Of a stretch of DNA of 64,000 nt, positions 19,632-30,180 are shown piece by piece. The notes beneath the pieces were generated by a model. That model did no database searches and had not been told where the DNA came from. It worked only from the letters and a program-made list of their open reading frames with translations. A program made the translations under genes and the position numbers. The stretch is from Bacteriovorax sp. (GTDB lineage: Bacteria > Bdellovibrionota > Bacteriovoracia > Bacteriovoracales > Bacteriovoracaceae): positions 1,083 to 65,082 of the forward strand of contig JAQTTZ010000012.1 in NCBI GenBank assembly GCA_028710485.1. Direction: 5' to 3'. Positions within the stretch are counted from its first letter, which is position 1; each line of letters begins with the position of its first letter.

Positions 19632-20666
19632 ATGTCAAAAGCTCCGACAATTATGCTGGTAAAAAATCGTGCCCTCGGCGACTCAATTATGGGCCTGTCC
19701 GCGGTTCAATACCTAAAGCTTTTATACCCACAGAGTAACATCATTTACGCTGTTCCTCAATGGATTGCGCCTCTTTATAGCGAGTCTGTGACCTCTGCCG
19801 ATGAAATTTATCCATTAAGGATATTAACCTTTAAAGATATTCTAAAATTATTTAAAGATATAAAGGCACTAAAGGTTGATCATATTCATGAAATGCATCA
19901 GTCCGGTCGGGGGGCGAAGATTTTTAAAATGATCTCTTTTTTCTTAAGAATTCCCTATACAGCTCACAATCACCATTTGAAAACGGGAACTGAAGTACTT
20001 GACCAGGGAGTGATTAAGCCACTAATTCAAAGAGATTTAGATGGAGTTTATTCTTTTCTTGGAATTGGAGAGAGACCTAATTATCTGGAATATTCTCCTC
20101 AAATAAATCCCATTGAAAAAATAAGTAAACTCCCCATGATCATCATGGGAGTTGTAGCTACTCGTAAAACAAAAATGTGGCCTCTTGAAAATTATTTAAA
20201 ACTCGCGTCTTTGATCCAAGTAAAATTTCCTAATTATGCCATTGTCATTCCGCTTTCTAAAGGCCCAGATGACAAGAAAATAAAAGAAGAGCTTTTTCGG
20301 ATTGGTTTGCCAGATAATGTTTCTATTCTTGAATCGGAGCTTAAGGATTTACCGGCCAATATCAAGCAAGCGGCTTTTTATATCGGGAATGATACAGGGT
20401 TGAAACATTTAGCGGTGGCCGTTGGAATCAAGACCTATACTTTTTTTGGTCCGGAACCGGCCAATGAGTGGCATCCCTATGATTCAAATAATCATCCTTA
20501 TTTTTATCTTGAAGGCCTTGCTTGTAGAACGCGAACTCACCATTACTGTGGACTGAGCGTGTGTGATTTGAGTGAGGGGTATATGCAATGCTTGAGTTAT
20601 TTTAAACCAGAAATTGTATTTTCTGAAATTGAAAACTACATGTATGGATTTTCGCCACTAATGTGA
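19632..20666 (+). CDS. GT9 (heptosyltransferase-family) LPS glycosyltransferase
   Basis: ALGD, KMWP, IGNDTGLKHLAVAVG, FFGP, Cys-rich C-terminus. Confidence 0.88.
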   Translation: MSKAPTIMLVKNRALGDSIMGLSAVQYLKLLYPQSNIIYAVPQWIAPLYSESVTSADEIYPLRILTFKDILKLFKDIKALKVDHIHEMHQSGRGAKIFKMISFFLRIPYTAHNHHLKTGTEVLDQGVIKPLIQRDLDGVYSFLGIGERPNYLEYSPQINPIEKISKLPMIIMGVVATRKTKMWPLENYLKLASLIQVKFPNYAIVIPLSKGPDDKKIKEELFRIGLPDNVSILESELKDLPANIKQAAFYIGNDTGLKHLAVAVGIKTYTFFGPEPANEWHPYDSNNHPYFYLEGLACRTRTHHYCGLSVCDLSEGYMQCLSYFKPEIVFSEIENYMYGFSPLM

Positions 20667-20890
20667 TCAGTGAGGTCGACAACTTCAGTAATCATCGGAA
20701 AGTTTTGCTTAACTAGAGTTTGAATTCCGTCTTTCAATGTGGCCTTCGAACTCGCACATCCCTGACAGCCACCTGATAAGCGAACAAAAAGTTTATCGTT
20801 ATCAAGATCAATAATTTCAACATTTCCACCGTGAGCAGCAAGTGCTGGGCGAACTTGTTCATCGAATAATAACTCTAATTTTTTAAGCAT
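20636..20890 (-). CDS. NifU/NfuA C-terminal domain Fe-S carrier
   Basis: VRPALAAHGGNV, LSGGCQGCASSKATLKDGI. Confidence 0.9.
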   Translation of the reverse strand: MLKKLELLFDEQVRPALAAHGGNVEIIDLDNDKLFVRLSGGCQGCASSKATLKDGIQTLVKQNFPMITEVVDLTDHISGENPYM

Positions 20891-20903
20891 AATAACCTCT
20901 TTC

Positions 20904-21611
20904 CTAAAAGCGCTTTCTTAATAATTCTAGCTGAGAAACTGCGGAATAAACAGCATGTTCAACGCGCAGGATACTAGATGATATTTTGATACTAGTAAAA
21001 CCGGCATGATGGAATCGCTCTATATCTTCATTGATAAATCCGCGCTCCGGGCCTATGGCCAGAGTTACAGACTTAGTGAAATCAATTTCAACATCCAAAA
21101 AACTTTTGTCAGTTTTTAAATCCAAGATAAATTTTTGAGGAGCATTAATATATTGCTCAGCGGGATTATACTTTTCTAGTTTAAATTCGGGAAGATTGGT
21201 ATAAATCGCTGCCTGCGACAGACCGGTCAGCAAAAATTCTTCATAGGCAAGATTGTCAAAAATCTTTGAGTCCAGATAACTTTTTTCTGAAAGTGCCGCT
21301 TTAAAAAAATGAAAACGACGAGCACCAAAAGTTGTTGCGTGTTCTAGAATTTTTTTTGTGGTTTGTGGGCGAGAAAGCCCTACAACCAAGTCAAACCACT
21401 GCTCTTTACCTGGCGTGATGGAGCTTAGTTTTAATTTACAGAGGTTGTCCGTTAGTTCTGTTATCACACCTAGGCTTCGTCCTTGATTTAAGACCGTACA
21501 TCTGACTTCGTCTCCAACGACTAGCTTTAGAGTCGTATGAATATGTGAGAGCACGTGAGCGTCTGTGATTTTGCCGGTATTGTCTTTTAAGATGAGTGAG
21601 TTCATGAGCAA
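20904..21611 (-). CDS. rsmE: 16S rRNA m3U1498 methyltransferase
   Basis: AIGPERGF, ILRVEHA (SPOUT motifs). Confidence 0.85.
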   Translation of the reverse strand: MLMNSLILKDNTGKITDAHVLSHIHTTLKLVVGDEVRCTVLNQGRSLGVITELTDNLCKLKLSSITPGKEQWFDLVVGLSRPQTTKKILEHATTFGARRFHFFKAALSEKSYLDSKIFDNLAYEEFLLTGLSQAAIYTNLPEFKLEKYNPAEQYINAPQKFILDLKTDKSFLDVEIDFTKSVTLAIGPERGFINEDIERFHHAGFTSIKISSSILRVEHAVYSAVSQLELLRKRF

Positions 21612-21731
21612 TAAATCTCATCAGTCTCCATTCCCGTCAAGTTCAAAAATAAACGGTAAAATTAAATCACTTCTGTAATATTCACTCTTTGTCTTTATCC
21701 ATTGCATGGCAGGCCTTGAACAAAGCCTTGT

Positions 21732-22754
21732 ATGAAACTTATAGAACAACTTTTTAATCCTTCACAATTCACTCTTTTGACAGCTCCTGTTGCCGCTGGG
21801 AAAACCAGGCTGGTGGTAGAGTTTTATCGAGACCACCAGTATAAAGTAATTTTTGTTTCACCACTTCGTGCATTGGCCAATGAGGTCTATGCCAAATTGG
21901 AATCAGTGGAGAAAAATATCTTTTTAGCAGGAGGTAAAGTTCCGCTTGAAGACTGCATGGTCAATTTTCTTGCGGCCAGGAAGGCTTTTTTCATCGCGAC
22001 CATGGAGCTTTTGTCAGAAGATTTTTTAGAAGCCTGTACAGCTCAAAATGAAAAAATCATTTTCATTTTAGATGAATTCCATCTCTTTTATCACTGGGGA
22101 GAGAGCTTTCGGCCCATTCTTCACGACCGATTTTTGGCCATTCTGGACACACAGGCACCAGTTTTAGGAATAACGGCGACGATGAGTTCTGAACTTTTAG
22201 ATCATCTTAAAGCAGATTTAAAATATCATAATGAGACATGGTTTCACATCGATTACGGCAATCATCAATTGCATCGTCATCCCAAAGAATTGCATTGTTT
22301 TCAAATGCTAAAACCTGAGATTTTTCACCGCGCGATGTGGAGAGAGTTAAGACAAAAAAATGATAAAGATGTTTATTTAATTTTTTGTTCCTATCGATCT
22401 GAAGTGGATGAACTCGTCGCTCGCACGCGTCGAATGGGGCTTCGGAGTCTTGGCTGTGTGGGAGGAGAAGTTGAAATGTTTTTGGAAGAGCTAAAAAATT
22501 GTAATGAAGAAGTGGATTGCATTTTTTCCACAACGACTCTTAGCCATGGAGTAAATCTTCCCGAAATAAAAAAAGTATTTATTAATTACGAAGTGAAGAA
22601 TTATGATTTTTGGCTGCAGATGATTGGCCGAGGAGGGAGGAGAGGCAGTGATTATGAGGTTTATACTTTTGATGCGTTTCACTCGAGTAAGAAGCAGTTG
22701 TTGACCAATAAATTGAAGATCTATTTGTCTGATTTTGTTGGGATAGAAATGTAA
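21732..22754 (+). CDS. Compact SF2 DExH-box helicase
   Basis: APVAAGKT, SPLRALA, LDEFH, TAT, LSHGVNLP, QMIGRGGR. Confidence 0.85.
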   Translation: MKLIEQLFNPSQFTLLTAPVAAGKTRLVVEFYRDHQYKVIFVSPLRALANEVYAKLESVEKNIFLAGGKVPLEDCMVNFLAARKAFFIATMELLSEDFLEACTAQNEKIIFILDEFHLFYHWGESFRPILHDRFLAILDTQAPVLGITATMSSELLDHLKADLKYHNETWFHIDYGNHQLHRHPKELHCFQMLKPEIFHRAMWRELRQKNDKDVYLIFCSYRSEVDELVARTRRMGLRSLGCVGGEVEMFLEELKNCNEEVDCIFSTTTLSHGVNLPEIKKVFINYEVKNYDFWLQMIGRGGRRGSDYEVYTFDAFHSSKKQLLTNKLKIYLSDFVGIEM

Positions 22755-22771
22755 ATACAATATGTATTTAC
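22751..22771. promoter_or_regulatory. Palindromic operator of the TA operon
   Basis: Perfect inverted repeat GTAAATACA-ata-TGTATTTAC, 23 bp upstream of the toxin ATG. Confidence 0.65.
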
Positions 22772-22794
22772 GTTTTTATAGGAAGCGAGGTATT

Positions 22795-22947
22795 ATGAAA
22801 ATAGAGGATTTCGACTGGAATGTCGGAAATAGCGAAAAATTTACTTTTAGAGCAATCGACGGATTACTGAAAATTAGGGTTATTTCAGCTAGGTATGCTC
22901 ATAAAAAAGAAGCAGGTAAATTTCATGAAAAAAAAACAAATAGTTAA
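22795..22947 (+). pseudogene. BrnT-family toxin with in-frame internal deletion
   Basis: FDWNVGNSEK joined directly to FTFR...IRVISARYAHKKE; 50 aa versus about 90 aa typical; central segment absent. Confidence 0.75.
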
Positions 22948-23224
22948 AAAAAAGGTACTAGCTAAGAAAAAGTTGGATCTTAGCGGGGATGATCCCTTAG
23001 AGCAGGATTTAACTGAATTTATGGATCGGACTAAATATAAATGGGTTCGTTTTAGTGATCTTTTTGAATTTCAGCCTAAAAATAAAACGATCACATTACG
23101 AATGCCTGAATCAATGCTTGAATGCTTGAAGGATATTGCCGAAAAAGAAAATACTGATTACCAAAAATTAATAAGAAAAGCACTTTCAGAATTTCTTGCA
23201 AAAAAAACTAAAAAGGCTGCTTAA
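22925..23224 (+). CDS. BrnA/CopG-type ribbon-helix-helix antitoxin
   Basis: PKNKTITLRMPESMLECLK...YQKLIRKAL; overlaps the toxin 3' end. Confidence 0.8.
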   Translation: MKKKQIVKKKVLAKKKLDLSGDDPLEQDLTEFMDRTKYKWVRFSDLFEFQPKNKTITLRMPESMLECLKDIAEKENTDYQKLIRKALSEFLAKKTKKAA

Positions 23225-23283
23225 TAGACCTGTCTCACTAAGTCTTTGTTTCAGCCTCTTCTTGTGTTATTTAGATAAACATC

Positions 23284-24075
23284 ATGCAAACCAAAATTGA
23301 AGGTATTGTCCTCTCAAAAATCCCATACGATGAACGACATATCATTGCTCATCTTCTATTGCGCTCAGGAAGAAAAGTCTCTATCGTTTTTTACGGAGGC
23401 CGAGGAGGAGGAGTTAAGCAAAAGTCTTCCATCATTGAATTGGGTTTCATGCTCTCCGTTGAACTACGGATTAGTAAATCAACCGGTGAAATTTATCATG
23501 CGAAGGAATGGAATTTAGTTTGGCACCACGATCTGGTGAGACTTGATCACAGTGCTTTTTATTTAATATGCTTTTTTTTAGAAGTTACTAATCGCGTAGC
23601 GCCTAGTGAAAACCTGCATGAAGTTCACGAGGAAAATACTGAAATGGTGGGACTCTTCACAACTCTAAGCAATTCCTTAGTCCATTTAGAAAAATGTTTA
23701 CAGGCAAAATCTTTTTACACCCACTCACATTCTGTAATTTTTCTGACCAAACTCTTACTTCATCTTGGAGTCTTTCCCGAAAGAGAGCACTGCACTCTTT
23801 GCGGTGAGGAATTGCAGAAGTTTAACGATATGTATCTGATTGCTGAAGAAGGTGGCTTTGCATGTCCTCCATGCATGAATCAAAGAACTGCTTATTCTGT
23901 TCAATCAGGACGCGAGCTTTGGGAATTGTTGGGCCATATTGCTCATACAAAATACCAGGACCTCGGCAGTATCAAATTAGAATACAAGTCTTTATCACGG
24001 ATGCTTTTCCATTATTTTTGTTTTCAATTTCACTTTGAAGAAAAAGATTTTAAAACAGCCGCTATGGTATTTTAG
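23284..24075 (+). CDS. recO: DNA repair protein RecO
   Basis: N-terminal EGIVLSK OB-fold start; Zn site CTLCG...GGFACPPC; upstream of glycyl-tRNA ligase. Confidence 0.8.
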   Translation: MQTKIEGIVLSKIPYDERHIIAHLLLRSGRKVSIVFYGGRGGGVKQKSSIIELGFMLSVELRISKSTGEIYHAKEWNLVWHHDLVRLDHSAFYLICFFLEVTNRVAPSENLHEVHEENTEMVGLFTTLSNSLVHLEKCLQAKSFYTHSHSVIFLTKLLLHLGVFPEREHCTLCGEELQKFNDMYLIAEEGGFACPPCMNQRTAYSVQSGRELWELLGHIAHTKYQDLGSIKLEYKSLSRMLFHYFCFQFHFEEKDFKTAAMVF

Positions 24076-24101
24076 GCGATTGTGAGGTAAGCTGGCGGCT
24101 T

Positions 24102-25937
24102 ATGCATGCCAAATTAATGAAACAATTGCTTCCCTATTTAAAGCCTTATAAAAATATGGCAATCGGTGCTTTTATTTTATCATTTGTCCTAGCTGCGCTT
24201 GCAGGTGCTCAACTTAAATTAGTTAAGCCTATTTTTGATATAGGCCTAGTCGGTCAAGCTCCCAAGGTTACTCAGGCCCAAATAATTAAACCTAATCCAG
24301 ATAAAATTTTAACGACTCCCTTTTCAGACGTTAAATTAATTAAGGCTCCTGTTGATTCAGTTTTAACAACGAAATCTTCTTTTAATCAATTTCTCTTATT
24401 GGCCGCTGGTCTTTTACTGGTGGGATTATTAAATTTTCCAGTGCGTTTCTACCATTTTTACTGGTTGAGATTTGTTGGCGAAAAAATTAATAACGATGTT
24501 CGAACCAAAATTTTTACCAAACTTCAAAAATTGCCAACGTCCTTTTATAATCAAAATAAACAAGGGCGCATGCTCTCAACGCTTCTTAATGACGCCGAGA
24601 TTTTCGCTCAGTCCTTCCGTGCGCTCGTAGATCTTGTACGAGAACCAACAAAGGGTTTAGTTTATTTGGGAATGGCCATTTGGGCCGATTGGCAATTAAC
24701 TTTGGTTATTTTTGTCGTCGGACCTATGTTTGTTGCCATTTTTCAAATCAGCGGCAAAAAAATTAAAAACAATCAAAGCAGGGTTCAAGACGGAAGAGCT
24801 GAACTCACGCATAATTTAAGTGAGGGACTTTCATCTCACAAAGTTACAAAGGCATTTAATCTTCAGCAATTTGTTATGGATCGCTTTAAGGGCTCTCAAG
24901 CTTATTATTTTCACTTCATCATGAAGACTTGTAAGGTAGAAGAACTGGCTCATCCATTTGTCGAATTAGTAGGAACAATCGCCTTTTCAGGTGTGATTGT
25001 TTTTGCTTATTTTAGAATCCATTACGGTGGAATGACGATAGGGGATTTTCTCCAATTCGCAATTGCCTTGGCCCTTTTGATGGATCCAATTAGAAAATTT
25101 TCTCAGGCCAATGTGAAAATTGGTCAAGGTGTAGCGGCCCTTGATCGCATCAATGAAATTCTCCATTTAGAAGAAGAAAAAGATACAGGTACTCATATTC
25201 CTTTGCATTTCAATCACGACATCGTGGTTGATAATGTGACTTTTAGTTATGGCGAAAATAATGTTATTCAAAATTTGAGCTTAAAGATTAAAAAAGGACA
25301 GAAAGTTGCTTTAGTTGGTCTCTCTGGCTCAGGGAAGTCGACATTGATCAATTTGCTTTTGGGTCTCTATCCAATCGAGCATGGGCAAATTTTTATTGAT
25401 GGAATTGCGATAAGCCAAATTAAGCTACACGCGCTTCGCAAACTTTTTGGTCTCGTGTCGCAAGATATTTTTCTTTTCCACGATTCTATTAAGGCCAACT
25501 TGGCAATCGGTGGTAATTTTTCAGAAGCAGAGATTCGCAGAGCGCTAGAAGTTTCATATGCGTCAGAATTCGTCGACAAGCTCCCTCAAGGCCTAGAAAC
25601 AATTATCGGGGACCGGGGAGCGAAACTTTCTGGTGGTCAGCAGCAACGTCTGACAATTGCCCGCGCCTTTTTACAAAATACTGATATTCTGCTTTTTGAT
25701 GAAGCCACTTCAGCTCTTGATAATGAATCGGAAAAAGTTGTACAACGTGCTCTTGAGGCCATTGCGGGAAATAAAACCGTTATTGCTGTGGCCCATAGGC
25801 TTTCGACCATTCAGGACTATGACCAAATTTTCGTGATGAGGGACGGAAAATTGATTGAAAATGGCACTCACTCTGAGCTAATTGGCAATAATAGCGAATA
25901 CAAAAAACTTTACGAGCTTTCTTTAAAGTCTGTTTAA
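24102..25937 (+). CDS. msbA: MsbA-like ABC exporter (fused TMD and NBD)
   Basis: TM domain; GLSGSGKST, LSGGQQQR, DEATSALD, AHRLSTI; next to the LPS cluster. Confidence 0.75.
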   Translation: MHAKLMKQLLPYLKPYKNMAIGAFILSFVLAALAGAQLKLVKPIFDIGLVGQAPKVTQAQIIKPNPDKILTTPFSDVKLIKAPVDSVLTTKSSFNQFLLLAAGLLLVGLLNFPVRFYHFYWLRFVGEKINNDVRTKIFTKLQKLPTSFYNQNKQGRMLSTLLNDAEIFAQSFRALVDLVREPTKGLVYLGMAIWADWQLTLVIFVVGPMFVAIFQISGKKIKNNQSRVQDGRAELTHNLSEGLSSHKVTKAFNLQQFVMDRFKGSQAYYFHFIMKTCKVEELAHPFVELVGTIAFSGVIVFAYFRIHYGGMTIGDFLQFAIALALLMDPIRKFSQANVKIGQGVAALDRINEILHLEEEKDTGTHIPLHFNHDIVVDNVTFSYGENNVIQNLSLKIKKGQKVALVGLSGSGKSTLINLLLGLYPIEHGQIFIDGIAISQIKLHALRKLFGLVSQDIFLFHDSIKANLAIGGNFSEAEIRRALEVSYASEFVDKLPQGLETIIGDRGAKLSGGQQQRLTIARAFLQNTDILLFDEATSALDNESEKVVQRALEAIAGNKTVIAVAHRLSTIQDYDQIFVMRDGKLIENGTHSELIGNNSEYKKLYELSLKSV

Positions 25938-25952
25938 AGTCTCTTTAAAGAC
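25920..25952. repeat. 11-bp tandem repeat (3 copies)
   Basis: tctttaaagtc tgtttaaagtc tctttaaagac, spanning the msbA stop codon. Confidence 0.6.
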
Positions 25953-26021
25953 CTAAACTTTCCTTGTACAATTCCTTTATATTTTTTCAATATTTTCATT
26001 TACAGAAATAGGAGTCTTATC

Positions 26022-27350
26022 GTGTCAAACGAATCAAATCTAGGATCAATGAATGATTTAGTCGCTCTCTGTAAACAACGCGGTTTTATATTTCAATCGT
26101 CAGAAGTTTACGGTGGCCTTAATTCATGTTGGGATATGGGTCCTTACGGAGTTGAGTTAAAAAATAATTTAAAAGCTCGCTGGTGGAGATCAATGACCTT
26201 ACGTCAGGACGTTGTGGGAATTGATGCCTCAATTCTTATGCACCCGTTGGTTTGGAAAGCTTCAGGACATATTGATGGATTTTCTGATCCGCTAGTTGAT
26301 TGTAAAGTTTGCAAGGAAAGATTTCGCGCTGACAATATTGATGTCACTAAGCCATGTATTAAGTGTGGAGCCAAAGATTCTTTCACTGATATCCGCCAAT
26401 TTAATTTAATGTTTAAAACTCAAATGGGTGCGATGGAAGACACAGCTTCGACTGTTTATCTTAGACCGGAAACAGCTCAAGGGATTTTTGTAAACTTCCT
26501 AAACGTTCAAACGACCATGAGAAAAAAACTTCCGTTTGGTATTGCTCAAATAGGTAAAGCTTTTAGGAATGAAATTACTCCGGGAAATTTTATTTTTAGA
26601 ACTCGAGAATTTGAACAAATGGAAATGCAGTATTTTGTGAAACCAGGTCTTCAAATGATTGCTATGGAAGAGTGGAGAAACACACGTTGGAAATGGCATC
26701 TTGAAAACGGTCTTCGCCCTGAAAAATTAAAATGGTCACCACATGGTCCAGACAGTCTGGCCCACTACGCTGACGCTGCTACGGATATTGAATATGAATT
26801 CCCAATGGGATGGGGTGAGATGGAAGGAATTCACTCTCGCACTGATTTCGACTTGAAACAACACCAGGAGTTTTCTGGTAAAAATATGCAATACGTGGAT
26901 CAGGCCAATAACAACGAAAAATATCTTCCTTACGTTATTGAAACGTCAGTAGGAGCAGATCGTTGTCTTCTCGCTATCATGTGTGATGCTTATAGATTGG
27001 AAAATGCTGGTGACCCAGATAAAGAGCGCTCAGTGATGAAATTTCATCCGGCCTTAGCCCCTATAAAAGCGGCGATCATGCCATTATCAAAGAAATCAGA
27101 GTTGGAAGAAATTTCAAATAAATTATTTAACGATGTTATTGTAGATTACAAAGCTGAATACGACATCGCAGGATCAATTGGTAAACGCTATAGAAGACAA
27201 GATGAAATCGGTACTCCGTTTTGCTTGACTGTCGATTTTGATACCTTGAATGATCATGCCATTACGATCAGAGACCGTGATACCATGGTTCAAGAAAGAA
27301 TTGCACTTGCTCAAGTTCAAAATTACTTAAAAGATAAATTTAAATTTTAA
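26022..27350 (+). CDS. glyQS: Glycine--tRNA ligase, alpha2 type
   Basis: [49 protein letters not shown]. Confidence 0.95.
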   Translation: MSNESNLGSMNDLVALCKQRGFIFQSSEVYGGLNSCWDMGPYGVELKNNLKARWWRSMTLRQDVVGIDASILMHPLVWKASGHIDGFSDPLVDCKVCKERFRADNIDVTKPCIKCGAKDSFTDIRQFNLMFKTQMGAMEDTASTVYLRPETAQGIFVNFLNVQTTMRKKLPFGIAQIGKAFRNEITPGNFIFRTREFEQMEMQYFVKPGLQMIAMEEWRNTRWKWHLENGLRPEKLKWSPHGPDSLAHYADAATDIEYEFPMGWGEMEGIHSRTDFDLKQHQEFSGKNMQYVDQANNNEKYLPYVIETSVGADRCLLAIMCDAYRLENAGDPDKERSVMKFHPALAPIKAAIMPLSKKSELEEISNKLFNDVIVDYKAEYDIAGSIGKRYRRQDEIGTPFCLTVDFDTLNDHAITIRDRDTMVQERIALAQVQNYLKDKFKF

Positions 27351-27407
27351 ATACAATTTTCTCATACTAACAAAACCTCAATTAATCGAGGTAGGAGTAA
27401 AGAAACA

Positions 27408-30077
27408 ATGACGACTAATAAATGGGTGTATCTCTTTAGCAAAGACTTGACTGAAGGGAACAAAGACATGAAAGATTTGCTAGGCGGAAAAGGAGCCAAT
27501 CTCGCTGAGATGTGTGCTCTGAAGCTGGCCGTGCCCCCAGGATTTACCGTCACAACACAAGCATGTCTGGATTACGAAAAAAATGGTAAGGCGATAAACG
27601 AAGTGATTCGGACACAAGTTTTAAAAGCGATTACTGAAGCTGAAAGACTTACTGAAAAAAAATTCGGAGACAATGCCAATCCACTTCTTTTTTCGGTGCG
27701 TTCAGGAGCGAGAGCTTCTATGCCAGGAATGATGGATACAGTTCTAAACTTAGGTCTTAACGACAACTCAGTTTTGGGCCTTGCAAAATTAACAAACAAT
27801 GAACGTTTCGCTTGGGATTCATATAGAAGATTTATTCAAATGTATGCCAATGTCGTTATGGATTTCAATGTTTCTCTTCTTGAATCAACTCTTGAAGATT
27901 TAAAAGAAGCTCGCGGCGTTCATGAAGATACAAAATTAACTGCATCAGATTTGAAAGAGTTGGTAGTTGTTTATAAAAAAATAATTCTGGAAGAAACAGG
28001 TGAGTCTTTTCCTAGTGAACCAATGGAGCAGTTATGGAGAGCAATCGCAGCGGTTTTCAATTCATGGAATAATCCTCGCGCCATTAAATACCGCGAGATT
28101 TATGACATTCCTCACTCATGGGGAACAGCAGTTAACGTTCAATCAATGGTCTTTGGAAATATGGGAGACGATTGTGCGACTGGTGTTTGTTTTACCCGCG
28201 ATCCTTCAACCGGAGAGAGAAAATTCTTCGGTGAATACCTAATCAACGCTCAAGGTGAAGACGTTGTTGCTGGGATTAGAACTCCACAACCAATCAATGA
28301 ATTTTCAAAAAATGATTCAAATAAAAAATTTAAGACACTAGAAGAAGCAATGCCAGAAGCATTCGCCGATTTGACTTCAGTTTATAAAAAACTAGAAGGT
28401 CATTATAAAGACATGCAGGATATCGAGTTTACCATTGAAAATAAAAAACTTTATATTCTTCAAACTCGCAATGGAAAAAGAACCGCCGCTGCTGGGATTA
28501 AAATCGCAGTTGATTTAGTGAGCGAAGGAATTCTCTCAAAATCAGAAGCTTTGTTAAGAATGAATCCTGAAGATTTAAACCAACTTCTTCACCCGCGCCT
28601 TGATCCAAAAGCACATAAAAAAATTATCGCCAAAGGTCTTCCTGCAAGTCCAGGGGCAGGAGCAGGGATCATTGCCTTTTCTTCGGATCGAGCTCATTTA
28701 TTAAATGAAGAAGGGAAAAAAGTTATTCTGGTTCGTCAGGAAACTTCACCTGAAGATATTGCCGGAATGGTTGCTTCACAAGGGATTCTTACTGCTCGAG
28801 GAGGGATGACCAGTCATGCCGCCGTTGTGGCCCGCGGAATGGGGAAACCATGTGTCGCTGGATGTTCGGGGTTAATTATTGATTACGCTGCAGGAACTTT
28901 AACTGTAGATGGTAAAAGATACAAAGAAGGAGATGCAATAACTATTGATGGAGCAACTGGCGAAGTTATCGAAGGAGTCGTTCCAACTATTGAAGCTGCT
29001 ATCACTGACGACTTTGCAATGTACATGAAGTGGTCTGATGAATTTAAAAAATTAGGAGTCCGAACAAATGCTGATACTCCTGATGATGCAAAAGTTGCGG
29101 TGAAGTTTGGTGCTGAAGGGATTGGCCTTTGTAGAACTGAACATATGTTTTTTGCAAAAGATAGAATCCTTGCTGTTCGCGAAATGATTTTTGCGAGCAA
29201 TATAAAAGATCGACAACTGGCCCTTGCCAAAATTCTTCCATTTCAGCGAGAAGACTTCGTAGGGATTTTTACAGTATTAGATGGCTTACCAGTTAATATT
29301 CGCCTACTGGATCCACCTCTTCATGAGTTTCTTCCTCATTCAGCTGAAGATAGAAAAGAATTAGCAGATAGCTTACATCTCGACATGAAAACTATTGAGA
29401 ACCGCGGAGACCAACTTCACGAGTTCAATCCAATGCTTGGTCATAGAGGATGTCGTCTCGGTGTAACTTTTCCTGAAATTTACCGCATGCAAGTTCAGGC
29501 AATCATTGAAGCAGCTCTAATTTGTGCAGACAAAGGAATCAATGTCATTCCCGAAATCATGATTCCATTAGTGGCCCTAGAAGGAGAACTTACAGTTCTT
29601 AAAGACGATGCCATTAAAGAAATTGAAAAAGTCTTCGCTGAAAAGGGTAAAAGAGTAAAATATAAAATTGGAACAATGATCGAGCTTCCAAGAGCGGCGA
29701 TTATGGCCGGATCAATTGCGAAGCACGCTGAATTTTTCTCATTCGGAACAAACGATTTAACTCAAACAACTTTTGGTTTATCAAGAGATGATGCTGGAAA
29801 ATTTTTGCCAGAGTATGTGACTAAGGGATTATTGCTTTGTGATCCATTTGTTTCTATCGATCAGGATGGAGTTGGGTTCTTAATGAAGCATGCGGTGTAT
29901 GAAGGAAGAAAGACAAATCCGGATATGCACTTTGGGATTTGTGGAGAGCATGGAGGAGAGCCGCGATCAATTGAGTTCTGTCACAAGATTGGACTTGATT
30001 ATGTTTCGTGTTCGCCTTACCGAGTGCCTATTGCACGATTGGCTTCGGCGCAGGCGGCGATTAGGAATAATAAGTAA
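27408..30077 (+). CDS. ppdK: Pyruvate, phosphate dikinase
   Basis: LLGGKGANLAEM, SVRSGARASMPGMMDT, GGMTSHAAVVARG, GTNDLTQ. Confidence 0.98.
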   Translation: MTTNKWVYLFSKDLTEGNKDMKDLLGGKGANLAEMCALKLAVPPGFTVTTQACLDYEKNGKAINEVIRTQVLKAITEAERLTEKKFGDNANPLLFSVRSGARASMPGMMDTVLNLGLNDNSVLGLAKLTNNERFAWDSYRRFIQMYANVVMDFNVSLLESTLEDLKEARGVHEDTKLTASDLKELVVVYKKIILEETGESFPSEPMEQLWRAIAAVFNSWNNPRAIKYREIYDIPHSWGTAVNVQSMVFGNMGDDCATGVCFTRDPSTGERKFFGEYLINAQGEDVVAGIRTPQPINEFSKNDSNKKFKTLEEAMPEAFADLTSVYKKLEGHYKDMQDIEFTIENKKLYILQTRNGKRTAAAGIKIAVDLVSEGILSKSEALLRMNPEDLNQLLHPRLDPKAHKKIIAKGLPASPGAGAGIIAFSSDRAHLLNEEGKKVILVRQETSPEDIAGMVASQGILTARGGMTSHAAVVARGMGKPCVAGCSGLIIDYAAGTLTVDGKRYKEGDAITIDGATGEVIEGVVPTIEAAITDDFAMYMKWSDEFKKLGVRTNADTPDDAKVAVKFGAEGIGLCRTEHMFFAKDRILAVREMIFASNIKDRQLALAKILPFQREDFVGIFTVLDGLPVNIRLLDPPLHEFLPHSAEDRKELADSLHLDMKTIENRGDQLHEFNPMLGHRGCRLGVTFPEIYRMQVQAIIEAALICADKGINVIPEIMIPLVALEGELTVLKDDAIKEIEKVFAEKGKRVKYKIGTMIELPRAAIMAGSIAKHAEFFSFGTNDLTQTTFGLSRDDAGKFLPEYVTKGLLLCDPFVSIDQDGVGFLMKHAVYEGRKTNPDMHFGICGEHGGEPRSIEFCHKIGLDYVSCSPYRVPIARLASAQAAIRNNK

Positions 30078-30092
30078 ATTAATAGGAAATGA

Positions 30093-30121
30093 AAAAAGCC
30101 CCAACTCGATTGGGGCTTTTT
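30093..30121. terminator. Rho-independent terminator (bidirectional form)
   Basis: AAAAAGCCCCAA-ctcga-TTGGGGCTTTTT. Confidence 0.85.
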
Positions 30122-30180
30122 ATTGGAGCGATTTGTGTCCATTGATTGAAAGTATCTGAGATTATAAGTACAATATTCAA

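Noticed and set aside
25938-26021. T-box leader for glyQS
   Set aside because: The gap is too short and has no T-box consensus.
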